Source of the DNA: Pecten maximus
Taxonomy: Eukaryota
Length of the DNA: 64,000 nt
Assembly: GCF_902652985.1 (NCBI RefSeq)
Contig: NC_047030.1
Span: 6,882,001-6,946,000, forward strand
Reading direction: 5' to 3'
Part shown: positions 40,749 to 55,254 of the stretch, piece by piece
Position numbering within the stretch: the stretch's first letter is position 1
Layout of the letters: each line of letters starts with the position of its first letter
Made by a program: the position numbers and the translations under genes
Notes under the pieces: model-generated
Seen by the model: the letters and a program-made list of their open reading frames with translations, nothing else
Databases searched by the model: none
What the model was told of the DNA's origin: nothing

Positions 40749-43700
40749 CTATAGGGGTTATATAGTGTAGATCAAACTATAGAGGTTATACAGTGTAGAC
40801 CAAACTATAGAGGTTATACAGTGTAGATCAAACTATAGAGGTTATACAGTGTAGATCAAACTATAGAGGTTATACAGTGTAGACCAAACTATAGAGGTTA
40901 TACAGTGTATATCAAACTATAGAGGTTATACAGTGTACATCAAACTATAGAGGTTATACAGTGTAGATCAAACTATAGAGGTTATACAATGTAGGTCAAA
41001 CTATAGAGGTTATACAGTGTAGATCAAACTATAGAGGTTATACAGTGTAGATCAAACTATAGAGGTTATACAGTGTAGATCAAACTATAGAGGTTATACA
41101 GTGTAGATCAAACTATAGAGGATATACAGTGTAGATCAAACTATAGAGGTTATACAATGTAGATCAAAATAGAGAGGTTATACAGTGTAGATCAAACTAT
41201 AGAGGTTATACAGTATAGATCAAACTATAGAGGTTATACAGTGTAGATCAAACTATAGAGGTTATACAGTGTAGATCAAACTATAGAGGTTATACAGTGT
41301 AGATCAAACTATAGAGGTTATACAGTGTAGATCATACTATAGAGGTTATACAGTGTAGATCAAACTATAGAGGTTATACAGTGTATATCAAACTATAGAG
41401 GTTATACAGTGTAGATCAAACTATAGAGGTTATACAGTGTAGATCATACTATAGAGGTTATACAGTGTAGATCAAACTATAGAGGTTATACAGTGTATAT
41501 CAAACTATAGAGGTTATACAGTGTAGATCAAACTATAGAGGTTATACAGTGTAGATCATACTATAGAGGTTATACAGTGTAGATCAAACTATAATGGTTA
41601 TACAGTGTAGATCAAACTATAGAGGTTATACAGTGTAGATCATACTATAGAGGTTATACAGTGTAGATCAAACTATAGAGGTTATACAGTGTAGATCAAA
41701 CTATAGAGGTTATACAGTGTAGATCAAACTATAGAGGTTATACAGTGTAGATCAACTATAGAGGTTATACAGTGTAGATCAAACTATAGAGGTTATACAG
41801 TGTAGATCAAACTATAGAGGTTATACAGTGTAGATCAAACTATAGAGGTTATACAGTGTAGATCAAACTATAGAGGCTATACAGTGTATATCAAACTATA
41901 GAGATAGTACAGTGTAGATCATACTATAGAGGTTATACAGTGTAGATCAAACTATAGAGGTTATACAGTGTAGATCAAACTATAGAGGTTATACAGTGTA
42001 GATCAAACTATAGAGGTTATACAGTGTAGATCAAACTATAGAGGTTATACAGTGTAGATCAAACTATAGAGGTTATACAGTGTAGATCAAACTATAGAGG
42101 TTATACAGTGTAGATCAAACTATAGAGGTTATACAGTGTAGATCAAACTATAGAGGTTATACAGTGTAGATCAAACTATAGAGGTTATACAGTGTAGATC
42201 AAACTATAGAGGTTATACAGTGTAGATCAAACTATAGAGGTTATACAGTGTAGATCAAACTATACAGGTTATACAGTGTAGATCAAACTATAGAGATAGT
42301 ACAGTGTAGATCAAACTATAGAGATAGTACAGTGTAGATCATACTATAGGGGTTATACAGTGTAGATCAAACTATAGAGGTTATACAGTGTAGATCAAAC
42401 TATAGAGGTTATACAGTGTAGATCAAACTATAGAGGTTATACCGTGTATATCAAACTATAGAGGTTATACAGTGTAGATCAAACTATAGAGGTTATACAG
42501 TGTAGATCAAACTATAGAGGTTATACAGTGTATATCAAACTATAGGGGTTATACAGTGTAGATCATACTATAGGGGTTATACAGTGTAGATCAAACTAGA
42601 GAGGTTATACAGTGTATATCAAACTATAGAGGTTATACCGTGTAGATCAAACTAGAGAGGTTATACAGTGTAGATCAAACTATAGAGGTTATACAGTGTA
42701 GATCAAACTATAGAGGCTATACAGTGTAGATAAAACTATAGAGGTTATACAGTGTAGATCAAACTATAGAGGTTATACAGTGTATATCAAACTATAGAGG
42801 TTATACAGTGTAGATCAAACTATAGGGGTTATACAGTGTAGATCATACTATAGAGGTTATACAGTGTAGATCATACTATAGGGGTTATACAGTGTAGATC
42901 AAACTAGAGAGGTTATACAGTGTATATCAAACTATAGAGGTTATACCGTGTAGATCAAACTAGAGAGGTTATACAGTGTAGATAAAACTATAGAGGTTAT
43001 ACAGTGTAGATCAAACTATAGAGGTTATACAGTGTAGATAAAACTATAGAGGTTATACAGTGTAGATCAAACTATAGAGGTTATACAGTGTAGATAAAAC
43101 TATAGAGGTTATACAGTGTAGATAAAACTATAGAGGTTATACAGTGTAGATCAAACTATAGAGGTTATACAGTGTATATCAAACTATAGAGGTTATACAG
43201 TGTAGATCAAACTATAGAGGTTACACAGTGTATATCAAACTATATAGGTTATACAGTGTAGATCAAACTATAGAGGTTATACAGTGTAGATCATACTATA
43301 GAGGTTATACAGTGTAGATAAAACTATAATGGTTATACAGTGTAGATCAAACTATAGAGGTTATACAGTGTAGATCAAACTATAGAGGTTATACAGTGTA
43401 GATCAAACTATAGAGGTTATACAGTGTAGATCAAACTATAGAGGTTATACAGTGTAGATCAAACTATAGAGGTTATACAGTGTAGATCAAACTATAGAGG
43501 TTATACAGTGTAGATCATACTATAGAGGTTATACAGTGTAGATCAAACTATAGAGGTTATACAGTGTAGATCAAACTATAGAGGTTATACAGTGTAGATC
43601 AAACTATAGAGGTTATACAGTGTATATCATACTATAGAGGTTATACAGTGTAGATCAAACTATAGAGGTTATACAGTGTAGATCAAACTATAGAGGTTAT

Positions 43701-46215
43701 ACACTGTAGATCAAACTATAGAGGTTATACCGTGTAGATCAAACTATAGGGGTTATACAGTGTAGACCAAACTATAGAGGTTATACAGTGTACACCAAAC
43801 TATAGAGGTTATACAGTGTAGATCAAACTATAGAGGTTATACAGTGTAGATCAAACTATAGAGGTTATACAGTGTAGATCAAACTATAGAGGTTATACAG
43901 TGTAGATCAAACTATAGAGGTTACACAGTGTAGATCAAACTATAGAGGTTACACAGTGTAGATCAAACTATAGAGGTTATACAGTGTATATCAAACTATA
44001 GAGGTTATACAGTGTATATCAAACTATAGAGGTTATACAGTGTAGATCAAACTATAGAGGTTATACAGTGTAGATCAAACTATAGAGGTTACACAGTGTA
44101 GATCAAACTATAGAGGTTATACAATGTAGATCAAACTATAGAGGTAACACAGTGTAGATCAAACTATAGAGGTTATACAGTGTAGATCAAACTATAGAGG
44201 TTATACAGTGTAGATCATACTATAGGGGTTATACAGTGTATATCATACTATAGAGGTTATACAGTGTATATCAAACTATAGAGGTTATACAGTGTAGACC
44301 AAACTATAGAGGTTATACAGTGTAGATCAAACTATAGAGGTTATACAGTGTAGATCAAACTATAGAGGTTATACAGTGTAGACCAAACTATAGAGGTTAT
44401 ACAGTGTAGATCAAACTATAGAGGTTATACAGTGTAGATCAAACTATAGAGGTTATACAGTGTAGATCATACTATAGGGGTTATACAGTGTATATCATAC
44501 TATAGAGGTTATACAGTGTATATCAAACTATAGAGGTTATACAGTGTATATCAAACTATAGAGGTTATACAGTGTAGACCAAACTATAGAGGTTATACAG
44601 TGTAGATCAAACTATAGAGGTTATACAGTGTAGATCAAACTATAGAGGTTATACAATGTAGATCAAACTATAGAGGTTATACAGTGTATATCAAACTATA
44701 GAGGTTATACAGTGTATATCAAACTATAGAGGTTATACAGTGTAGATCAAACTATAGAGGTTATACAGTGTATATCAAACTATAGAGGTTATACAGTGTA
44801 TATCAAACTATAGAGGTTATACAGTGTATATCAAACTATAGAGGTTATACAGTGTAGATCAAACTATAGAGGTAACACAGTGTAGATCAAACTATAGAGG
44901 TTATACAGTCTAGATCATACTATAGAGGTTATACAGTGTAGATCAAACTATAGAGGTTATACAGTGTAGATCAAACTATAGAGGTTATACAGTGTATATC
45001 AAACTATAGAGGTTATACAGTGTATATCAAACTATAGAGGTTACACAGTGTATATCAAACTATATAGGTTATACAGTGTAGATCAAACTATAGAGGTTAT
45101 ACAGTGTAGATCAAACTATAGAGGTTATACAGTGTAGATCAAACTATAGAGGTTATACAGTGTAGATCAAACTATAGAGGTTATACAGTGTAGATCAAAC
45201 TATAGAGGTTATACAGTGTAGATAAAACTATAGAGGTTATACAGTCTAGATCAAACTATAGAGGTTATACAGTGTATATCAAACTATAGAGGTTATACAG
45301 TGTAGATCAAACTATAGAGGTTATACAGTGTAGATCATACTATAGAGGTTATACGGTGTAGACCAAACTATAGAGGTTATACAGTGTATATCAAACTATA
45401 GAGGTTATACAGTGTAGATCAAACTATAGAGGTTATACAGTGTATATCAAACTATAGAGGTTATACAGTGTATATCAAACTATAGAGGTTATACAGTGTA
45501 GATCAAACTATAGAGGTGATACAGTGTAGATCAAACTATAGAGGTTATACAGTGTATATCAAACTATAGAGGTAACACAGTGTAGATCAAACTATAGAGG
45601 TTATACAGTGTATATCAAACTATAGGGGCTATACAGTGTATATCAAACTATAGAGGTTATACAGTGTAGATCAAACTATAGAGGTTATACAGTGTAGGTC
45701 AAACTATAGAGGTTATACAGTGTAGATCAAACTATAGAGGTTATACAGTGTATATCAAACTATAGAGGTTATACAGTGTAGATCAAACTATAGAGGTTAT
45801 ACCGTGTAGATCAAACTATAGAGGTTATACAGTGTAGGTCAAACTATAGAGGTTATACAGTGTAGATCAAACTATAGAGGTTATACAGTGTATATCAAAC
45901 TATAGAGGTTATACAGTGTAGATCAAACTATAGAGGTTATACAGTGTAGATCAAACTATAGAGGTTATACAGTGTAGATCAAACTATAGAGGTTATACAG
46001 TGTAGATCAAACTAAAGAGGTTATACAGTGTAGATCAAACTATAGAGGTTATACAGTGTAGATCAAACTAAAGAGGTTATACAGTGTAGATCAAACTATA
46101 GAGGTTATACAGTCTAGATCAAACTATAGAGGTTATACAGTGTAGATCAAACTATAGAGGTTATACCGTGTAGATCAAACTATAGAGGTTATACAGTGTA
46201 GATCAAACTATAGAT
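40749..46215. repeat. Minisatellite, 28-bp unit (ctatagaggttatacagtgtagatcaaa), ~195 copies
   Basis: Long homogeneous tandem array. Confidence 0.97.
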
Positions 46216-46225
46216 ATTCTACACT

Positions 46226-46390
46226 GACACTTTATCACTAGCCCTCCACCTCTGGGTTGCGGGTTCGAAACCTACGTGGAACAGTTCCTTGTAGGATAGC
46301 CGTAGTTCGTAGGTGTTTCTCCAGGTACTCCGTTTTTCCTCCATCTCGAAAACCTGGCATGTCCTTAAATAAACCAAATAAACCAAACAC
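46226..46390 (+). mobile_element. 5'-truncated copy of the V-domain-like tRNA SINE
   Basis: gacactttatcactagccctccacctctgggttgcgggttcgaaacctacgtgg matches the 32187-32409 SINE; ends in aaaccaaat repeats. Confidence 0.8.
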
Positions 46391-46600
46391 AAAGTCAGCC
46401 CCGGTTAAACCACTGCTCCTATTGTTTATATATATGCGAATAAAATATACTAATAACTTAACGAATTACGTGTCAACAGCAGGGTCCGTGGCTGTTTATG
46501 ATACATACTAATATTTGATCAAGTAAATTCTGTTTAAATTGAACTTTAGTAGTGATTTATAATCTTGTAAAATATCACATATTTAGATTACCCATTAAGC

Positions 46601-46676
46601 TAGTCCCGAGTTTCCTCTGGCTCTGACACCATATCTACACCAGACATTGTGTCAGGGCCAGAGGAAACTCGGGCTA
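46601..46676. mobile_element. 76-bp palindromic MITE with TAG...CTA termini and ~9-bp TSD (AcademH-like)
   Basis: tagtcccgagtttcctctggctctgacac ... gtgtcagggccagaggaaactcgggcta; flanks cccattaagc and cccataagc. Confidence 0.7.
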
Positions 46677-48170
46677 CCCATAAGCCAGCACCCAGCAAAT
46701 ACAACTAGAGGAAGTTTTATAATTCAATATGCAACTGACGTGAACCGGTTACGGGTAAGCTTGATATGTATTGGATAACTGTCCTCCGATCACTTCAAAC
46801 AGAATTGTATTCTCGGTAGCAAACACGTTTATGTGAGATTTTAAGAAGGAAGTTACACATTGAACAAAAGATATTATACTAAAAATAGGTTAACTCGCAA
46901 ATCTCTACTGAACCGTTGAAAAAATAATTATCCGACGAGGAAGGTCAATTAGCACAGAAAACACGGGACTTCTGTGTTAAATACTAAACATAGAACAGGA
47001 AGGACGATATTTTACCTTAATTCGGAGACATCGAACAGGTAAGGGGCCACGCTTGTTACACCTAGGTATTAACAGACCCCTGATATCAGCTGTATGGGGC
47101 TGTTTATACTCTAATTCTCAATGTGTATTGAAATGCGGTAATATTTTGTGTATTATTTATGTATACTCCTTTTTATCACCCTCTAAGATTAAGAGCGTGA
47201 TGATAATTACTAACTATCAACATTTCGTGACACTGTGTATTGGGATATGTATTGGAAACTTGATACCCAAGTAGGCCGTTGTTGAGGCCACGGTCTATAA
47301 ATGTATTAGTTTCCGGTTTGATAAGCATAAGCTATTAGATGCCGACGTCCACTTTGGGGACACCATTGTTCGTTCTCATATCCTGTCCGAGTTAAATCTC
47401 CTTTATTACTTATTAGGAATACATCTGTTTGTTATATCCGCTACGACTTATTTACTGGTATTTCGTACTTGGAGCATGGGTTCGCCTTGGTGAGGTGATG
47501 TGTCATGTACCAAAAGTAGGTCACTCTGACCTACACATTTTGATATTTGACCTACATAAGATATCGTCTGTCTCTATATCCTTTCACTTCTAGTCACTGG
47601 AAATCCATGCTTGTGCCATGGGTTCACCTAGATGAGGCGAAGAAATGTCTTTAAAAAGGTAAACGGCATAGTTTTAATGCCGGTGGTTATAATGTAAAAC
47701 TGCTGGTGAAATAAATTAAAAAACTAATGCGTTTCAGTACGGTTAACAAAATTATATCAGTTTGAATAATTTTTGGTGATAATAAGACTGCATTTGAATC
47801 TGGAATATAATTCTATTAATGTGTCATTTGAAAAGATACATCTACTTATTCAGCTTTTATTCAATCTTTACTTTGTTTCGTTTTTAACTGTATATCTGCA
47901 TTCTGCATTTACCGCTACATTGATCAATCACATACTTCATTTTGACCAGTAACGCCACCTGTCGCGTCATATCCGGGCCAAAAAGAATATTATACGGCTA
48001 TGCCGAAAAATAGGCCTACATTTTGACATTTGACCTACACTGAAGATAAGCATTGATCGAATCTGATCTCCATGTCTACTTGTCATTGGCATGGGTTCGT
48101 TTTACTTAGGAAAAAGGTTCACTGGTATTAAACTTCTGAAATTACCTACCGTGTAAATACTCCCGGTTAC

Positions 48171-48264
48171 AATAAATAAATAAATAAATAAATAAATAAA
48201 TCGATCAATCAATCAATCAATCAATCGATTAATCAATCAATCAACCAACCAATCAATCAATCAA
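48171..48264. repeat. Compound microsatellite (AAAT)n-(CAAT)n
   Basis: Direct reading. Confidence 0.9.
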
Positions 48265-48494
48265 AATTTGGAAAATATAATAAGTAATGATAACTATATA
48301 TTTAAACGATGTGTCACAGACAAAATTACAGTTATAGTAAGTTTAAAGTGTGTGTAATAATGTGGTTTAAATATCGACCTGTACCACTTGACCTCTTTTA
48401 AATTAGTAATACACATTGTAGATACCACAGGATCCTGTGGGTTTGTGGGTTGTACCTGATCGAAGAACGAGGACCCTATTGTGTAACCAATACT

Positions 48495-49272
48495 TGGACC
48501 TATCCTTGTATGTATCACAGGAACCTTAAAGTTTGTAAGTCTATGTTTATTTGGACCTACCCTAGTGTGTATCACAGGGACCTGATAATTTGCTATAGTC
48601 TTTGTGTATTTGGACCTAAACTCGTGCATATAGCACATTTTCCTAGAGCTGTAGACTATTCGTGTACTAACATTCAAGATTCGAGGGGTGTCATTTTTAT
48701 TGAATGCTAATCTAGACCCTTCTCCTTCTTCTTATATGCTATATACACACTAGGAGAGGTCCGAATACACAAAGACTGTAACAAATTCTCATGTCCCTGT
48801 GATAAACACTAGGGAAGGTCCGAATACTCATAGACTGTAACATTTTATCATGTCCCTGTGATAAACACTAGGGAAGGTCCGAATACTCATAGACTGTAAC
48901 ATATTATCATGTCCCTGTGATAAACACTAGGGAAGGTCCGAATACACATAGACTGTAACATATTATCATGTCCCTGTGATAAACACTAGGGAAGGTCCAA
49001 ATACACATAGACTGTAACATATTATCATGTCCCTGTGATAAACACTAGGGAAGGTCCGAATACACATAGACTGTAACATATTATCATGTCCCTGTGATAA
49101 ACACTAGGGAAGGTCCGAATACTCATAGACTGTAACGAATTATCAGGTCCCTGTGATACACACTAGGGAAGGTTCGAATACTCATAGACTGTAACGAATT
49201 ATCAGGTCCCTGTGATACACACTAGGGAAGGTTCGAATACTCATAGACTGTAACATATTATCATGTCCGTGT
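48495..49272. repeat. Foldback arrangement of a 59-bp minisatellite: ~2.5 inverted units, ~100-bp spacer, ~9 forward units
   Basis: Unit cactagggaaggtccgaatacacatagactgtaacatattatcatgtccctgtgataaa at 48747-49272; reverse-complement copies at 48495-48636. Confidence 0.82.
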
Positions 49273-50075
49273 GGTAGACGCCCCCGCTTGCTCTTTCCTG
49301 GAAGTCGGATATGAATTATTTGAATTTGCAAAAAATGATTTGGTATCAGATACGTCCTCTCCGTAGCCTTTAAACTCGCACGTACATTTGTGTTTATACA
49401 ATCTGTGTACAATTTGGAGCATAGGCCTAATCATGGCGGCTATTTATTGCATTATATCTATGGATAGTTTAAAGATCACATGTCAATCAAATTAGTTTAA
49501 ATAATATCTTATTTCATATTCAAAGCCATACATTTCAATATACATTTATATATACATGTATTGCAAATGTAAGGATTCTGGAAGAATGATTAGAATACTT
49601 ATATAAATCTGTACAGACAGTAAAACTAGGGAGGGGAGAGAAGAAAGAGGGGGACAGAGAGATGGAATGTTGTACTAAATCAATAACCGGCATTATGTGA
49701 AATAGGAAGGAGAGGGGGGGAAAGAGGAAGACAGAATGAAATTTTCTGAAAACTTTATGAAGTGATACTGAATTAGTATACAAGAGTTTTTGAGACCAAG
49801 ATCTATATTAAAATGGGGATGTTACGTTGTGACAACATAAATATTACCTCATCCGGAGACTTGGGTAACAAAATCACTGTTCACTCAAAGTGTTTTGATA
49901 AATGTAAGTATGTACATGTCAATCAAATTAGTGCGGACGACAATATATTTATATCTTTTATCAAGACAAGAAAGCGAATTGTTCTTTAAATTTCTAGAAT
50001 ATTATTTCCATATAATGATATAAATTCAGTTTGTGATAATAAATATAATAAATATTTCGTTCGTAACAAACGCAA

Positions 50076-50113
<38 letters not shown>

Positions 50114-50508
50114 ATATATATATATTGACAAGTTGTAATGACGGCAGTACAGACAAGTTAAATTTTCGAGGCAATCTGCCCCTTTATCAAGACACAGGAA
50201 AATTACAAACGATCACATATAGACATAGAACATAGAACAGCTACACGAATTAGGTATATATATATATATATATATTATATTTATAGATAACATTTCTGTA
50301 TATTTGATATTAATCCATTAGGAATGTGAGTGTCAGAATCTACCAGATATTGGATTAACCTATATGTCTGTAAATGATTTCATATTACTACAGGAACTTG
50401 TAATCGTGACAAATAACCCGCCTGTATATATATATATAACGGCATGGCTTGGTCGTTTTGTAAATGAAACCCACAAAACGCTGAATACTCATAATTAATG
50501 TCATACAT

Positions 50509-50727
50509 NNNNNNNNNNNNNNNNNNNNNNNNNNNNNNNNNNNNNNNNNNNNNNNNNNNNNNNNNNNNNNNNNNNNNNNNNNNNNNNNNNNNNNNNNNNN
50601 NNNNNNNNNNNNNNNNNNNNNNNNNNNNNNNNNNNNNNNNNNNNNNNNNNNNNNNNNNNNNNNNNNNNNNNNNNNNNNNNNNNNNNNNNNNNNNNNNNNN
50701 NNNNNNNNNNNNNNNNNNNNNNNNNNN
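50509..50727. other. N block (219 nt)
   Basis: Run of n. Confidence 0.99.
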
Positions 50728-52317
50728 CACCTTAAATTCATTTGTTTGTTATCTAACACGATTATTAGATTAAAGAATAAAGGTACGCATTAACTCAACT
50801 GAAACTCACAAGAGAAATTTTAGATATATAAATTTATCCTAAGAAGGGACGGTTACGATAGTATTGAAAATAACTCATCTTTATCCAGTATATGCAGGAT
50901 TTTCAAAAACAGTACCAAGGATATATAACGTGATTGATAGATACTTTCAGAGTCATGTATTATTGGGAAAATTGCACATGTACAGACTTATGGAAAGGCC
51001 TATTACCGAGAATCTGTTATAATCTGAGTTATTTGAACCTAACATTGAATGTATCACAGGGACCTGACAATTTGCTATAGTCTGTGTGTATTTGGACCTA
51101 ACCTAGTGTATATAGCACATTTCCAAGAGCTGTAGACTATTCGTGTACTAACATTCGAGATTCGAGGGATGTCATTTGTATTGAATGCTAATCTAGTCCC
51201 TTCTCCTACTTCTTATATGCTATACGCACACTAGGGTAGGTCCGAATACACATAGATTGTAGCAAACTATCAGGTCCCTGTGATAAACACTAGGGAAGGT
51301 CAAAATGCTCATAGACTGTAACGAATTATCAGGTCCCTGTGATACACACTAGGGTAGGTCCGAATACACACAGATTGTAACAAATTACCATGTCCTTGTG
51401 ATAAACACTAGGGAAGGTCGAAATGCTCATAGACTGTAACGAATTATCAGGTCCCTGTGATAAACACTAGGGAAGGTCCGAATACACATAGACTGTAACA
51501 TATTATCATGTCCGTGTGGTAGACGCTCCCGATCGCTCTTTCTTGGAAATCGGATATGAATTATTTGAATTTGCAAAAAATGATTTGGTATCAGGTACGT
51601 CCTCTCCGTGAACTTTAAACTCGCACGTACATTTGTGTTTATACAACCTGTGTACAATTTGGAGTATATGCCTAATCATGGCGGCTATTTATTGCATTAT
51701 ATCTATGGATAGTTTAAAGATCACATGTCAATCAAATTAGTTTAAATAATATCTTATTTCATATTCAAAGCCAAACATTTCAATATACATTTATATATAC
51801 ATGTATTGCAAATGTAAGGATTCAGGAAGAATGATTAGAATACTTATATAAATCTGTACAGACAGTAAAACTAGGGAGGGGAGAGAAGAAAGAGGGGGAC
51901 AGAGAGATGGAATGTTGTACTAAATCAATAACCGGCATTATGTGAAATAGGAAGGAGAGGGGGAAGAGGAAGACAGAATGAAATTTTCTGAAAACTTTAT
52001 GAAGTGATACTGAATTAGTATACAAGAGTTTTTGAGACCAAGATCTATATTAAAATGGGGATGTTACGTTGTGACAACATAAATATTACCTCATCCGGAG
52101 ACTTGGGTAACAAAATCACTGTTCACTCAAAGTGTTTTGATAAATGTAAGTATGTACATGTCAATCAAATTAGTGCGGACGACAATATATGTATATCTTT
52201 TATCAAGACAAGAAAGCGAATTGTTCTTTAAATTTCTAGAATATTATTTCCATATAATGATATAAATTCAGTTTGTGATAATAAATATAATAAATATTTC
52301 GTTCGTAACAAACGCAA

Positions 52318-52360
<43 letters not shown>

Positions 52361-52755
52361 TATATATATATTGACAAGTTGTAATGACGGCAGTACAGAC
52401 AAGTTAAATTTCCGAGGCAATCTGCCCCTTTATCAAGACACAGGTAAATTACAAACGATCACATATAGACATAGAACATAGAACAGCTACACGAATTAGG
52501 TATATATATATATATATATTATATTATATTTATAGATAATATTTCTGTATATTTGATATTAATCCATTAGGAATGTGAGTGTCAGAATCTACCAGATATT
52601 GGATTAACCTACATGTCTGTAAATGATTTCATATTACTACAGGAACTTGTAATCGTGACAAATAACCCGCCTGTATATATATATATATAACGGCATGGCT
52701 TGGTCGTTTTGTAAATGAAACCCACAAAACGCTGAATACTCATAATTAATGTCAT

Positions 52756-52978
52756 NNNNNNNNNNNNNNNNNNNNNNNNNNNNNNNNNNNNNNNNNNNNN
52801 NNNNNNNNNNNNNNNNNNNNNNNNNNNNNNNNNNNNNNNNNNNNNNNNNNNNNNNNNNNNNNNNNNNNNNNNNNNNNNNNNNNNNNNNNNNNNNNNNNNN
52901 NNNNNNNNNNNNNNNNNNNNNNNNNNNNNNNNNNNNNNNNNNNNNNNNNNNNNNNNNNNNNNNNNNNNNNNNNNNNNN
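52756..52978. other. N block (223 nt)
   Basis: Run of n at the equivalent position of the next repeat copy. Confidence 0.99.
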
Positions 52979-55211
52979 CACCTTAAATTCATTTGTTTGT
53001 TATCTAACACGATTATTAGATTAAAGAATAAAGGTACGCATTAACTCAACTGAAACTCACAAGAGAAATTTTAGATATATAAATTTATCCTAAGAAGGGA
53101 CGGTTACGATAGTATTGAAAATAACTATTCTTTATCCAGTATATGCAGGATTTTCAAAAACAGTACCAAGGATATATAACGTGATTGATAGATACTTTCA
53201 GAGTCATGTATTATTGGGAAAATTGCACATGTACAGACTTATGGAAAGGCCTATTACCGAGAATCTGTTATAATCTGAGTTATTTGGACCTAACATTGAA
53301 TGTATCACAGGGACCTGACAATTTGCTATAGTCTGTGTGTATTTGGACCTAACCTAGTGTATATAGCACATTTCCAAGAGCTGTAGACTATTCGTGTACT
53401 AACATTCGAGATTCGAGGGATGTCATTTTTATTGAATGCTAATCTAGTCCCTTCTCCTACTTCTTAATGATATACACACACTAGGGTAGGTCCGAATACA
53501 CATAGATTGTAGCAAACTATCAGGTCCCTGTGATAAACACTAGGGAAGGTCCAAATGCTCATAGATTGTAACGAATTATCAGGTCCCTGTGATACACACT
53601 AGGGTAGGTCCGAATACACACAGATTGTAACAAATTACCATGTCCTTGTGATAAACACTAGGGAAGGTCGAAATGCTCATAGACTGTAACGAATTATCAG
53701 GTCCCTGTGATAAACACTAGGGAAGGTCCGAAATAACACAGACTGTAACATATTATCATGTTCGTGTGGTAGACGCTCCCGATCGCTCTTTCTTGGAAAT
53801 CGGATATGAATTATTTGAATTTGCAAAAAATGATTTGGTATCAGGTACGTCCTCTCCGTGAACTTTAAACTCGCACGTACATTTGTGTTTATACAACCAG
53901 TGTACAATTTGGAGTATATGCCTAATCATGGCGGCTATTTATTGCATTATATCTATGGATAGTTTAAAGATCACATGTCAATCAAATTAGTTTTTTTAAA
54001 TTAACCCCTCTTTTTTTTTTTTGGAAAAATTAAATTAAAAAAAAACCGCCAAAAATTTTTCAATCTCCCCATTATTTAAAAAAAAAAATGTTTTCTTTTT
54101 CAAATTTTTAAGGGAGGGGGATTTCAAAAAAAAAGGAAAAATTGAATTTTAAAGAAAAACTTAAAAAATTAAAAATTTTTTTTGGGTTTTTAAACAGAAA
54201 AAAAGTTTAAAAAAAAAAGGGGGGGGGGGGGGGGGGGGGGAAAAAAGGGGGGAAGGAAAAGGAAGGGGGGGGAAAAAAGGGGGGGGGAAGGATGGGGAAA
54301 TTGGGTTTTTCTAAACCCCTTAAAAACCGGGCATTATGGGGGGAAATAACCCAAGGGGAAAAGGGGGGGGAAAACCAGAATGAATTTTCGGGAAAAACCC
54401 TTTCTGGGGGGGAACCCGTTTAGAAAACAGGGTTTTTAACCCCAAAAACCCCTAATTTGGGGGATTTGGTTACGGGGGGGGAAAAAGTTTACAAAATCCC
54501 CGGGGGGGGACTTGGGACAAAATCCATTTCCCTAAAGTGTTTTTGGGGGAAAGGGGGGGGGAAATTCCCCCAAAAAATTAGGCCCGGGGCCCCCGGGGGG
54601 AAGTATATAAACAAGGGGAAAAGAACCCTTTTTTTAAATTTCTAAAAATTTTCCATTAAGGGGGAAAAACCCCCCTTTTTGGGTAAAAGGGGAAGGTTAA
54701 AATTTTCCCCCTTCGTGGCGGGGGGGGTTGGGGGGGGGGGGGGGGGAATTTTTGGGGGGGGGGGGCTTTGGGGGGGGGGGCCGGGGGCTGGGGAATATAG
54801 TATATATTGACAAGTTTGTATGACTGCAGTAACAGACAAGTTAAATTTTCGAGGCAATCTGCCCCTTTATCAAGACAAAGGTAAATTACAAACGATCACA
54901 TATATGACATAGAACATAGAACAGCTACACGAATTAGGTATATATATATATATATTATATTATATTTATAGATAACATTTATGTATATTTGATATTAATC
55001 CATTAGGAATGTGAGTGTCAGAATCTACCAGATATTGGATTAACCTACATGTCTGTATATGATTTCATATTACTACAGGAACTTGTAATCGTGACAAATA
55101 ACCCGCCTGTATAGATATATATAACGGCATGGCTTGGTCGCTTTGTAAATGAAATCCACAAAACGCTGAATACTCATAATTAATGTCATACATCTTTCTA
55201 CAGCATAAACA

Positions 55212-55254
<43 letters not shown>

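Noticed and set aside
47350-48125. Helentron/HINE-like internal repeats (catgggttcgc..., aggtcactctgaccta, tttgacctaca)
   Set aside because: Fragmentary; no subterminal inverted repeats or terminal palindrome could be located.
50380-53024. ORFs containing long X runs
   Set aside because: Artefacts of the N blocks.
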